From contig NC_043000.1 of assembly GCF_006345805.1 (NCBI RefSeq), forward strand, positions 145,948,001-146,012,000: a DNA stretch of 64,000 nucleotides, read 5' to 3'. Position numbers and translations under genes: made by a program. This DNA is from Octopus sinensis. Its lineage: Eukaryota. Below, piece by piece: positions 51,921-64,000 of this stretch; positions within the stretch are counted from its first letter, which is position 1, and every line of letters starts with the position of its first letter. Under the pieces are notes generated by a model, which had not been told where the DNA came from, did not search any database, and saw nothing but the letters and a program-made list of their open reading frames with translations.

Positions 51921-52410
51921 CATTTGATTTTCAAAAATACCAAAGGGATATTTTTAAAAAAAATCCCATTCAGGAGTTTGAATGTAAATAAAATAACCAA
52001 TGCTTCAAACACAAACGAAACGAACCACCCTGAACATGAACGAGACCGACAGCTAGCGATATTACATTGTTGTTTCAGTTTATCGGTGCCATACATCAAC
52101 AGCTGGACTGAAGTATATGCCCACGGCAAAAGAAATTCATCAGTTGATATACCGTACAAGTAAAACAAAATTTGAATTTCCTATACGAAGCAGCTCTCTC
52201 CCCTCCTTCCCCCCTCTCTCTCTCTCTCCGAGAAAGTAGGCAGAAAGAGAAAGGATGAGAGACATTGCGCGCAGTTGGTCGATTCTGGTTATTATCAGGA
52301 CTTCCGTGTTTTGCTAAATATCTAGCGAATGAAGTGTATTGCAAATTTTACTTACCAAATGTCCACTAGATTTTGCTTGAATATTCCACTTTATTATAAA
52401 TATACTTTAC

Positions 52411-52712
52411 GGAGATGTACTTGCATAGCAAGTGATTTGATCTGAGATCGTGTGCTGAAACGAAAGCAATTGCAGCGTGGAAGGTGATTATAAGCCATTT
52501 AAGAAACACACAAAAGTCGTTCGATTCACTTCAACATTTAAGTTTAATTTGTCAAAATATTTTCGTCGCTATAAGACCGCGACCTGTTCACTGACAAAAA
52601 TGAGATGCGGCACAGATTTTTGTCAGTGAACAGGTCGCGGTCTTATAACGACGAAAATATTTTGACAAATTAAACTTAAATGTTGAAGTGAATCGAACGA
52701 CTTTTGTGTGTT
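52411..52712. mobile_element. palindromic MITE-like element, right arm truncated
   Basis: 97-bp arms 52505-52601 and 52616-52712 with one mismatch and a 14-nt loop. Confidence 0.7.
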
Positions 52713-53125
52713 ATAAATATACTGTTGAGGATCAAAACGGCTGACACATTATTTCATGTATCATATAGTCTTGGACAACTGTTTGGAACATAGGTCTGAA
52801 AATTAGAATCTTGATATTAAATACCTAAACTTATACTTAATATATAACTGGCCATTGGTTCAGCTATTAGGTAAGTATACCTGTATGATGTATATATTTG
52901 AATCGAACTGTACTAGGACAACGCAATTCTAATTCTTTTATAATTGTACCACACTTTTGACCACGACACTATGTAAATCTGTAAACGTAACTGTTATCTT
53001 TAATGTATGTTTTACATAAAATTCCCACAAATACATAATTTCAGCTATTTATTACTAAAATGATAACGATGCTTACCAATTGTGAGAGCTTTTAAACAAT
53101 AGCTGTCATGCATTCTTCCATTCAG

Positions 53126-53209
53126 GAAATTGGATATTTACTCCACATTATGTTGTAGGTACTTTTCCCTGGGTAAATCAAACACGTATAAATAATATAT
53201 TGAGATTAG
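53126..53209 (+). CDS. candidate internal exon (phase 1-1), (G)NWIFTPHYVVGTFPWVNQTRINNILRL(G)
   Basis: Acceptor ttcttccattcag|G and donor TAG|gtaagt. Only the phase-1 frame is open (84 nt). Confidence 0.38.
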
Positions 53210-53470
53210 GTAAGTTTATAGCACTCGTGTCACCTACGTTTACATTAACATAGTATGACATACAGGAAAAGCATTCCTAGTATATGCGCCTTATATGGCT
53301 CTTATAGTGAGTGTATTAATATAATTTCTGCACAGTAATTCATTGGAGTATGAATGGATGTATATTGATATTTCGGATACGATTTGAAGATAATGGAGAT
53401 TAATAGCACCAAGTTTTGTTTCCAATGTATTAATTGCCCACCCGTTATTGCTGCATTTGCTGTTCTCTAG

Positions 53471-53550
53471 GAGATGATTGTGTAATACATGTTAGATTGG
53501 ATTCCAATAAGACGATATCGGCTGAAAACACCTGGCTGTTTATAAATTAA
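53471..53550 (+). CDS. candidate terminal coding exon, (G)DDCVIHVRLDSNKTISAENTWLFIN*
   Basis: Acceptor tttgctgttctctag|G in phase with the previous exon; AATAAA at 53646 and 53813. Confidence 0.33.
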
Positions 53551-54346
53551 GCAGATTTTTACATATTGTAGTTGCTATGTTCATACACTGGCTTTCATTA
53601 TTCCCGTCGTTCATAGCATGCATATTCATTGAGTGCCTCAAACAAAATAAAGCTTAATGTAAGTTAATATTAAATATCAATGATTGATGCTTTTGAGCTT
53701 CCATTCTGTTCATTATCTAGGTAATTACTGAATATAATCGCACCAGATTTATAGCTGCTGAAAAGCAACCTTATGTATTAAGTGAAATCAGTCATGTAAA
53801 AATACTTTTCTGAATAAATATACAATGAAATGAATTCCGTAGTTCAAGTTCATATGATGTCGTTATAGATCTGAACATATATATAACTATAGTGAAAAAA
53901 AAACCGTGAAGAGAATAATGAAGAGTATAAACGGGTTAATAAAACGATCTTCAAAGAAACTAATGTATGTGTTAAATATTTTGCTGATTTAATGTCAAAA
54001 TAAAGTTACACGTCTTAATATATATGTGTGTGTGTCTGTACGTGTGTGTACCGAGAGGGAGAGAGAAAAAGAGACAATAAAATGCAAAAATAGTATCAAT
54101 ATTAAAGATAGGTAATGATTTAATTTCAGTAGCTGTTTCATTGAAAATATTCATTATTATTTCCATAACAACTCAATTAAAAATTACAAATTGAATGCGT
54201 TACCTACTATAGATCAGATAAATAATTTACATAATAAAAACGCATATACTTATAGACATACACATACTTGCAGACACATATATGTGTATGTATGTAAGTA
54301 TGTATGTATGTATGTATGCATGTAGGTATGTATGCATGAATGTATA

Positions 54347-54498
<152 letters not shown>

Positions 54499-54500
<2 letters not shown>

Positions 54501-54727
54501 CCGGAGTAAACACATAAATGTGAAACAAGGTGGAAAAAAGAGTACTCAAATACCAGTGGTAGAGTAATATGCTTTATTTTAAGCAGCAGAAAATTCAACA
54601 AAATCTGTTACTCTGAGTTTCTCGTTGCCGTTCAATCAGACAGTTTTTGAGCAAAAACTGTCTGATGAACGGCAACGAGAACTCAGAGTAACAGATTTTG
54701 TTGAATTTTCTGCTGCTTAAAATAAAG
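54499..54727. mobile_element. head-to-head inverted pLTR-like fragments carrying hammerhead motifs
   Basis: Palindrome arms 54572-54649 and 54652-54727. Each reads ctgt-CTGAT(T)GA-A-CG-GCAA-CG-A-GAA(A)-CTCAGAGT-A-acag outward from the centre. Confidence 0.65.
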
Positions 54728-54753
54728 TGTATATATATATATATATAATATAT

Positions 54754-54788
<35 letters not shown>

Positions 54789-54951
54789 TTGTGTGTGTGT
54801 ATGTATGTATTGTATTTATGTATCTACTTATGTACGTAAGTATGTATGTATACATGTATGTATAAGTTGTGTGTCTGACATTAAGATTTCAGTTGCTCAC
54901 TAACTGCACAGAGGGAATGGCTTTCTATATCTGCAAATTTCATATATATAT

Positions 54952-55145
54952 ATAAAGTTAATCCAAACATGAAAACAAAGAGAAAACACAACAACGCGAG
55001 GATGTGGAACAAGTATAGTATTATTGGACGCTCAGGAAAGGAGGGTTTAACGTTTCGAGCAGAGCTCTTCGTCAGAAACATAGGAAAAGGAAAGATTCAA
55101 AGAAGGGAAGACGGAGGAAAAAAATCGCCAACGGTACACACGCTG
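54952..55145 (-). mobile_element. solo Penelope pseudo-LTR
   Basis: Homologous to 46812-47030; bounded by (TA)n at the low-coordinate end. Confidence 0.7.
55045..55079 (-). ncRNA. minimal PLE-type hammerhead motif, intact core
   Basis: gttt-CTGACGA-A-GAGC-tct-GCTC-GAAA-CG-TT-aaac. Confidence 0.65.
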
Positions 55146-55197
55146 TCACATATATTTATTTATTTATTTATGTGTATGTATAATATATATCTATATA

Positions 55198-55247
<50 letters not shown>

Positions 55248-56619
55248 CATATTTCTGAACACTATGATCATTAAAGTAAGCCATATGCCATATTGATTAT
55301 TCGATTTCAGTTGATCGACTGATCAAAACATCGTTTGTTCTTTATTTGCAGGAATTCTCGATTTTCCTAAATCAATTTGCCATCAGTTTATATTGTACCT
55401 TTCTAAAGCAGTACCTTTTTTAAAATATTGCATTACTAACCATTTTTGACATAGTCTCTACTGTTATCAATTCAATCCCTTCATGATCCTTCTCTTTTAA
55501 GACAACTGGTGACACTATTTCTTGTAAAAACTTTCTTTTATTACACAAGGTCGTTATATACGCAGGTATTATATTATAACCGCTCTTGTTTAGATATTTC
55601 CCCATTGAAAATTCAGAAAATTGATGCGGTGTAATAGAACATAAATATAAGATTCAACTTTTTAAAAGTACAATATGATAATCCGAATATGTTTCATTTG
55701 CAAAATTCAATTAAAGAGTTTTCATGATGCAAAATGTCAATAGCTTTCCGAAACTTAGGTTATTTGTTTATTTTGTATTTAACTCTATTACAAAATTAAA
55801 CTATTGATTATTCAAAACTAACATATGTACATCTAGCATGCAAATGGTTGACACAATAGAGTAAAAGAAGCAGGTGCAAGACAAATAGTTGAAAGATATT
55901 ACATCATTAACGATTTCTTTTGTGGTCAATAAATTTAACAATCAAATGACCTGGTGTAGTTAAATGGAATTAGGTGACTAAAATAAGATTGCTAAAGGAA
56001 ATGGTTACAAGCTATAACTGCTAAATGCTTTGTTAATTATGAATGGTAAATTTAAGCTCTACTATGTCTAGACACCTTTCTCATAATTTGTATCATAATG
56101 CCATTCAATTCTGTTTAGGTGAACTGCAGAGCATCAAATTAATGAAGAATAATGTTTTAAAATATGGCTACATAATATCTTAACACATATCAATATATAA
56201 TATCTCATCACATCTAAATATATATTATCTAAGAGAAAATAAACCTTTTTTCTTGGGTATATATTATACGGAGCCCAGTTTAGCGATTTATTAAAGCGGG
56301 TATTGACGGGAGCAATCGTCAAAAAACAAATAGTGATACAGGGAAAATTAGAGTATATTCGATAAAGTTCAGTAAGAGAGCATCATTAGTGAAAACAAGA
56401 CTTGAATGAGACTTAGTTACAAACCGAAAATCATGTTGAAAAGATTGCGACTGACATGCATGCGACAAGAGGGTTCCAAACGAATTCTATAACAGAAATC
56501 AAAAGGTTGCATTTTCAAGGCTTAGGAGCTAGCTCTCAATCATGAAGGATTGAAACCCGCTCGATAAGCCCTAATGGAGGAAGTTCCAGTTGGCAATGAT
56601 GTCATAATTCTGTCTTCTG

Positions 56620-57500
56620 GAAATCGTGATTTTGGATACAGAGTTGATATGTACATATTTTTAAGGGCATTTGTCTCGCCTGTGCAGGATGGGCACTACT
56701 GGTGACAATTCCAGTTTCAGGATGGGCACTACTGCCTACTTTCTTACCTGCTGCAAATTTTGTCGGCAGAGGTACGGATTGTTGGAAAAAGCTGTAAACG
56801 GACACTGAAATACAAGAGGTGATGACTTGCTGGTCTGGCTGACTTGGCCTAAGAGTTTTAGTCGTGTCATCTAGAATGTCATCAAGTGCTCACATCTCTC
56901 CACAAGCCGGGTGATGTGATACATGGAAATTAAAAAGTTTGAGTTCTATAGAGGATTAATGGTAGGCAAAAGCAACGACGTGCTCTAGGAAACATTACGA
57001 GGTCCATGAATAATTTCCAGAAATACGTATCCTCATGTTGCTATCTGGGAAACTGCTGTATCGAAAGAAATTCTACTGCCATAGATGTGCTGTCAGTTGA
57101 ACCTAACAGGGATGTGCGTCGAGTGACAAAACCGTTCTGCACGCACTTGTGCCGGGTCTGATTTGCGCAGGGTCTGAAATTTGTCAAGCTGTACTCAGGT
57201 GCAGACAGGTTCCGGCTATCTGTTGACAGTATTTCCTTTCCTATGAGCGAGAAAGACCGTCCATGCTCATCTCTCAGGTGATTTTGGCGAAAGAGCTTCT
57301 GTGGTGGGCGAAATTGAAGACTCAAACCCTCCACTTTGGTCAAATCCTCACCAAATCTATTCGTGTTTGACTTAAAAAATGAAACTAAGAGCGGAGATAA
57401 TAAAAAGCCGCCTTCAAACACATCATTTGAAACGTGGATAAGAATGGCAAGCACGGTCGAAAGAAGTGGCGTCTTCTTGCATGAGTCACTAGAAATGGAT
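56620..57500 (+). mobile_element. L1/Tx1-like ORF2 C-terminal remnant
   Basis: Broken frames give MNNFQK, DKTVLHALV (zinc-knuckle-like), AKELLWW, W.RMA, which resemble Tx1 ORF2 C-termini. Confidence 0.45.
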
Positions 57501-57799
57501 GGGTTTGAAGCAGACAATTGACTTTGTGCTTAGAGTAACCATGGGTCTTAACAAGTAAGTATTGGATATCCCATTTTCCAGTTATTTGTTATGTTTACTT
57601 CGTTGTGTTCTTGAATTTTCCGACTGCGATAGTAACATTACGGATATTTCGAGACGTTTCCAAAAATGTTTTCATCACTATGTACGACTGAACTTTTCAA
57701 GTCCAATATCAAGGGGCGTCAATGTTGTCTACTGCGTTTATCAGTAATCTGATTACTTACTTATTTGGTAGGTAGACACAGTGATTTTTAAAAAGCAGC

Positions 57800-58870
57800 A
57801 GAATATATTAATAACGACTTTGATAATATTCTCACCTTTTAATATTGTTTTGAGCACATTCCGGTTTTTCCTCGTGGATATTTTCTGTCAAATGTTTCCT
57901 CCTGCTATCCTAACCTCTTGCAGAACCCTTAGGTACTTGTATCGGTCATTATTACTCAGCGATCGCAGTATGTCAGCTTGTGGTAATTTTATACCATCAT
58001 TCTTTTACACCTCTTCATAATTAACAATACTTAATTATGTCTAACTATATCACAATATCCTTACAAATGCTCTTAATCTTCAGATCAGAAAATACAAGTG
58101 CCTTACAATTTTTGCACAGTTGGATAATGTCCATAAAGAGCAGAGATATTCTCAACTTGGTTTTTGCAAACACACAGGTAGACCAGTATTTTCTAAGTAT
58201 ACTTACCAGAGATATTAATACTATGTTAAGCGTAATAGAGAGAGTGAGTGCTTTTGGAATTTTATACCATCATTCTTTTATACCTCTTCATAATTAACAA
58301 TACTTAATTACGTCTAACTACATCACAATATCCTTACCAAATGCTCTTAGTCTTCAGATCAGAAAATACAAGTTCCTTACAATTTTTGCACAGTCTGATA
58401 ATGTCCATAAAGAGCAGAGATATTCTCAACTTGGTTTTTGCAAACACACAGCTAGACCAGTATTTTCTAAGTATACTTACCAGAGATATTAATACTATGT
58501 TAAGCGTAATAGAGAGGGTGAGTCCCTCTGGAATATCAGATTGTGTATTTCCCCGTTTACAGATGTTACTTCAACTTTCTACAATATTAACGCTTTTTCT
58601 AAGAAACTGTTTTTCTCATTGATTCCGAGCGTCCCCAGGCACCCTGAAAGGCAGTAGTGCAAAATATTGTCGACAGCCATTTTATATTCCATGAAGCCAA
58701 AAGCTAAGTTATTTCTTATTCTTACCTCATTTAATATCATACAATCAATATGCAACATATCAGAATTTTCCCTTAACATTTTGCTGCATCCCTTTGGCTT
58801 GACTGTCAATAGATTTTCTTTCTCCAGAAAGCTATAAACTTCACATGTAAGGTTGGCTAATAATTTCCAG
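57800..58870 (-). mobile_element. old Dong/R4 RT fragment with internal 273-bp tandem duplication
   Basis: FWKLL, KGCSK, HIDCMIL.EVR, EYKMAVD, LLFMDIIQL, YKYLRVL. Duplicate copies start at 57987 and 58260. Confidence 0.75.
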
Positions 58871-58979
58871 AATAAGAGAAAGTTATTGTTATTATGAATT
58901 ATTATTGTTGTCATCATTATTATTATTATTATCATTATTATTATTATTATTACTATTATTATTATTATTATTATTTTTA

Positions 58980-60005
58980 TTTAATCTGCATGTTTGCTAC
59001 AATCACTTGCGGACACACACCCAGCATCTTAGGGCAGGTGAAGGATAAGAGATGACAGAAAGCTTCAGGGGGGGAAGTGGCAGGGTCAGTAGCGAAATAA
59101 CTTCATGTAATACAACATATACATTTAAATTGATCGGAGGTTTCTAAGGATGTTGGCTGTACTTGTCAGCACAATCTTTTAAATTTCTCTGAGACATGGT
59201 TCTCCTGGGATATGATCTAGATGTTTCTGACGTCTCTTTCCTATCATACCTAGAGAACCCACAATTATAGGAACAGGTCTCGCTTTAACATGCTACATCA
59301 TTTGTCTTTCAATTTGCAGTTCCTTATGTCTACTAAATTTTTCAAGTTCTTTACGGATATATTTTTATCAGTGTGAACACTTACATTAGTTGGTCTTCAT
59401 GCATTTTCTTCTCATCTTTAATGATTATGTCTGGTCAATTAGCTTGGATATTTTTGTCGTGATGTACTAGAAAATCCCGGAGGCTAGTGTAAATTTTACA
59501 TTTAACAACTCGCTCCGGGTTATGTTCATACCAGTAAAGTAGGAGTGCTGATTTTCTAGTGTCTGCATATTTTCTAATGTAAATACTGTACCACCCTATC
59601 ATGGCGATTTTTGTATTCGTTTGGTGTCAGCAGAAGACATACTGAGACGAGATGGTCTATTATTTCATCAAATTTATCGCAGAATCTGCATAGTTTTGAA
59701 TAACGTTAGCTTGGTAGTTTTTGGTAAACAAGTTTTGATCTTGGGCCGCCAAAAGGAAACCTTCAGTCTCTGCTTTCAGTCCTGAGCTTCTCAGCCACTT
59801 ATAGGTTGTTGCTTCGTCTACATCGCTATATCGGCTTCGAAGAATATACTATCCATGCAGAAGCTTTTGACTCCAACACTCTTCAATTTGCTTCCACACC
59901 GTTCTTTTTTTGCAGCCTGTTTGATCCGTTTTGCATTTTGCGTGGCATTAATTTCAGGTTCTTCATCTACTTCAAAGTTAACGCCACGTTCTCTTCCGAA
60001 TTTGC
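58980..60005 (-). mobile_element. degenerate Dong/R4 3' fragment with 3' UTR and (TAA)n tail
   Basis: WLRSSGLKAETEGFLLAAQDQ, RHDRV, WYEH, PIIVGSLGMI. Confidence 0.85.
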
Positions 60006-60048
60006 AAGCTTCCTTTTTCTTCTTCTTCTTCTTCTTCTTCTTCTTCTT

Positions 60049-60109
<61 letters not shown>

Positions 60110-60134
60110 TATTATTATTATTATTATTAATTAT

Positions 60135-61430
60135 CAGTAGTTTATTTTTATAGCGTGCTTTCACTTTACTACCGAGCGCAGCTCTGTGTGCCTTGGGTAT
60201 GTGCTGTGATTTGTTGTGATGCTCTGATGGTTATTGTATGGAAAGTGTTCTGCGTAGGATGTGTGCAGTGCCTAGTAGTGCAATTTTCTGTATGTCATAT
60301 GTGTTTGTAAGTCCTAGTGTTTTTGTTATGTATTTGTCTGAATATTTTTTTATCATGCCTAATGCACCTACTATGATAGGAATTGTTTCTGTTTTCAGGT
60401 TCCACATTCTAGTTACCTCTATTTCCAGGTCTTTGTATTTTGAGAGTTTCTCCATTTCTTTTAGAGACACGTTGTCATCTGCCGGTATTGATACATCAAT
60501 TAGAAAGCATTTTTTTCTTCATGATCTCTGACAACTATATCTGGTCTGTTGGCCTTAATTTCTCTATCTGTGTGTATCGGCATATCCCAGAGTATGGTTG
60601 CTTTCTCGTTTTCTGTGACCTTTTCTGGTGTGTGCCTATACCATCTTTTTTCTGTTGTTATTCCATAAGGTTGGCATAGCTTCCAATGTATGTAGGTTCC
60701 AACTCTGTCATGTCTGTGAATATATTCCTTCTTAGCCAGGACTGGGCAGCTAGAGATAATATGATTTATTGTTTCTTGTCCATCTCCACATATTCTGCAG
60801 TTACTTGTAATATTTCTTTTCATTACATGTTTTTGGTAATTTCTGGTGGAGAGGCTTTGGTCTTGTGCTGCAATTAAAAATCCCTCTGTTTCTGCTTTGA
60901 GTCCTGAGCTTCTCAACCATTGCTGGGATTTTTCTTTGTCTATTTCTTTTGCGTTTAGTTTAGTGCAGTATTTACCATGAAGGGGCTTTTCTTGCCATCG
61001 TTTTATCATGGCTCGTTGCTGTTCTATTTTTAGTTTGGATTTCATTTGTTTTCTAGCTTTTGTTGTTTCTTCATCATCTTCTTCTTCTTCTTTGTGTTTA
61101 TTAGGTGGTATGATTTCTTGTTTGTATTTGTCAGCTTCCTTAAATACTGAGAACAGTTTTTTGTTTTGCTCGTGTTTTGCTGCTATCTGGATCAGTTTTC
61201 CTTCCTTCTGAAGTAGGTATTTTTGCAGTCCTATGGTGGTTATTTTATAGTAGTTTTCCAGCTGTATAAGGCCTCTACCACCTTCTATACGTTGTATATA
61301 TAGTCTTTCTATGTCAGATTTGGGTGATGCATCCTAGATCCTGTCAGTATTTTTTGTTTCCTATCTATTTTGGACAGTTCATTTCGTGTCCAGTTAAGGA
61401 TATTATAGCTGTAACTTATAACTGGGACAG
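60135..61430 (-). mobile_element. young Dong/R4-clade LINE, 5'-truncated (CCHC + RLE nearly intact)
   Basis: LYIQRIEGGRGLIQL, WLRSSGLKAETEGFLIAAQDQ, CRICG..ETINHIISSC, HRHDRV, NRPDIVVRD, then a single indel in an A-run before FLIDVSIP, KYKDLEIE, LLGTAHILRR. 3' UTR and (TAA)n follow. Confidence 0.95.
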
Positions 61431-61431
61431 C

Positions 61432-61503
<72 letters not shown>

Positions 61504-61524
61504 TCTATAATTACTATTCTTCTT

Positions 61525-61596
<72 letters not shown>

Positions 61597-61624
61597 GTTA
61601 TTATTATTATTATTATTATTATCC

Positions 61625-61658
<34 letters not shown>

Positions 61659-61659
61659 T

Positions 61660-61703
<44 letters not shown>

Positions 61704-61729
61704 CATCATCATCATCATCATCATCATCA

Positions 61730-61760
<31 letters not shown>

Positions 61761-61762
61761 AA
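61431..61762. repeat. mosaic (ATT)n/(CTT)n/(CAT)n trinucleotide array
   Basis: Direct reading; similar arrays at 60013-60130 and 62285-62459. Confidence 0.95.
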
Positions 61763-61769
61763 TTATTAT

Positions 61770-62282
61770 TTTATTGCCTTTGCACAGCTTCGAATGCTGC
61801 AAATGTATTACAGTGAACTAAGGTAACACCCCTTATTTTTGGAGTACCATCCGAAGTATTCGAGTAGTTCCAAGCAGTGCTGTTTTGTGCAAGTGCCCAA
61901 CCCTTATTGCAGCCACTATTTGTTCAATTTACTTCTCAACATTTTTACTCACTGTTCCCAGTGCTCCAACAATTATTCTGTATGACTACCTACTTTTTCA
62001 TCAACCACAATTGCTTAACCTCCCAATATAAATTGTCATATCTATCAACTTTTCTTTCTTTCTTATCGCATACTTTGTTGTCAGCTGGGCATGCTGTATC
62101 TATGATCCAGTATCGTTTGCTGCCTTTCTCATGTGTGCCTTCCAATTCTCTATCTTATTGTCGCACTGAATCATAAGATTCCATAGGATCTTTGCATTAT
62201 CATTTTCGATGATGCCTTCGGGCTTATGTTCTTACCACATTTTTCCTCTGTCAAGTCCATACTTGTTGCAAAATATCCAATA
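61770..62282 (-). mobile_element. Dong/R4 3' fragment (RLE), same family as 11060
   Basis: KPEGIIENDNAKILWNLMIQCD, IIVGALGTVSKN, KTALLGTTRILR. Confidence 0.85.
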
Positions 62283-62311
62283 GACAATCATCATCATCAT
62301 TATTATTATTA

Positions 62312-62459
<148 letters not shown>

Positions 62460-62945
62460 GAAGCAGCGCATACCATCAAAGTCCAACATACGAAGCCCAG
62501 TATACCCATCATAACTACCCGTCCGATAAGTGTACACCAACCATATGCATCAAAACCACATGTTCGTGACATAGTGATCTCATATCAAGATAAACAGCGC
62601 ATGAACTTTCAGGCGGGTCCCAGTTAGATTTTTCTTCAGATCGAGTAGTCCATCCTGCTCAAAATGTCCCTGAATAAAATTTGTTTAAGGAGGAGAATTA
62701 TTCAAACCCCAAATATATTTTCTCAACACATGGCTATGATGCTCCCTCACTACTTCTGTTCGAGATCAGAGATGCATATATCCCCAGACACGAATGGACA
62801 TGCTCAACTAGTGAAGGTGATGCAACTGATAAGCATATTTGTGGTGTAGAGCAGAATATTTATTGTAGCCAATCTTTTAAACCAATGCAAATGTTAACAC
62901 TTCCAATCAGTTAAGATCAGAAGCCACGAGAGCCACTACTGGGTT
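62460..62945 (-). mobile_element. diverged copy of the (TAA)n-tailed retroposon
   Basis: Aligns with 10441-10985 with several small deletions. Confidence 0.75.
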
Positions 62946-64000
62946 ATTATTATAAACAACACGTTTTTATTCTTGACACATTCATTCAAGGACGCGCAAC
63001 TACGAATTATCGTGAGATGAAGTGTCGAAGAATTTACCTAAGTAATGTCGGGAATCATGATTCCTTTACAAAGTTGCAGATCCATTCAGCACAAATGTGA
63101 GTGTGTGCGCGTTTTATAATTTCTAAAATGTGGCCGAGGAAAAAAATAAAACGAAATTGTTAGCGCACTGATATATGGGGCGATGCGCTATAGGGATGAC
63201 AGCAAAAAAATTAAGCCTTAGTAATGACATAAATAATTAGATTCGGCAGGTACTAAATCCTGATATAACCGACCGTGTCATGTGGTCGTGTGACGTGTAT
63301 ACATTCTTCGATTTCCAATAATATCAGAACGTCTCAAACCTATTATTGATATGAGTCCTACTCTATGTGAGGAACAAATGTAATAAAACTTATAGTACAC
63401 GACAGAAGTTTATCTCTGTTTGGTGTAGCTGTAAGAGACATTTGAGTGCGTTCTGCCCAGAGGAGATAGAAAGACAGAGAAAGAGAGGAAGAAGGGGACG
63501 CATGCAGAAATAACGTCTTAAAGAAAACTACCTTTCGCAAGCATAGCTTGAGAAGATGGGCGGATATCATCTTTTTATCGGTACCTGTAGATTAAGGCCA
63601 AGACTATTGTTATATTCCGATATCACAATATTTTATTGTTGCGATGGGAATGAATGCACTTATGAATAAGACTGACAATCTATTTTACCAACGTCTCTGA
63701 TATTGTGAGGAAAAGTTCTATTCGTTTTTTATTTCGTATTTTACAAACGCCATATTCAACATTCACCACATCTCTAAAACCATTACAATCACCATCATAT
63801 TCATCATCATCATCTTAATTATCATTATCATCACCATCTACAACAACAAGTGCAACAACATCATCAATATCATTATCTACATCCTCAACGCTTCATCTCC
63901 ATTTTATCATCTTCATCCACATCACATTCAGTATCACTTTGACTGTTTGCTATTGCCACCATCTTTATTTCCAACATGACAGCCTTCACCAGAAAAAAAA

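Noticed and set aside
52130-52145. CTGATGA on the minus strand
   Set aside because: No stem II, GAAA or UH in register; no hammerhead fold.

Overview
AT-rich, microsatellite-dense eukaryotic DNA. The repeat repertoire is typical of an octopod cephalopod (Octopus-like), which is an inference from the SINE, LINE and microsatellite types. Most of the window is a transposon graveyard: two stacks of Dong/R4-clade (restriction-like endonuclease) LINEs with a non-autonomous ~555-bp partner element in (TAA)n arrays, two CR1-type RT fragments, two Penelope-like (PLE) RT fragments (one Neptune-type with GIY-YIG), L1/Tx1 remnants, a DD37D maT mariner, an IS630/Tc1-type element with long TIRs, a Helitron nested in a Dong copy, tRNA-derived SINEs with TSDs, and palindromic MITEs. 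No complete host gene is visible; there are only candidate spliced + strand exons near 52.8-53.55 kb and a possible signal-peptide exon at 7.68 kb. Most ORF-track entries are microsatellite artefacts. The most notable signal is about ten hammerhead-ribozyme-like motifs from several repeat families, all read by eye. They include (i) a near-canonical type I hammerhead in a 355-nt unit with a 43-bp terminal redundancy (retrozyme-like), plus a diverged relative at 23.5 kb; (ii) minimal dimer-dependent PLE hammerheads whose stem I covaries between copies; and (iii) in a ~771-bp tandem repeat, hammerhead core strands in a non-canonical (permuted or pseudoknotted) order.
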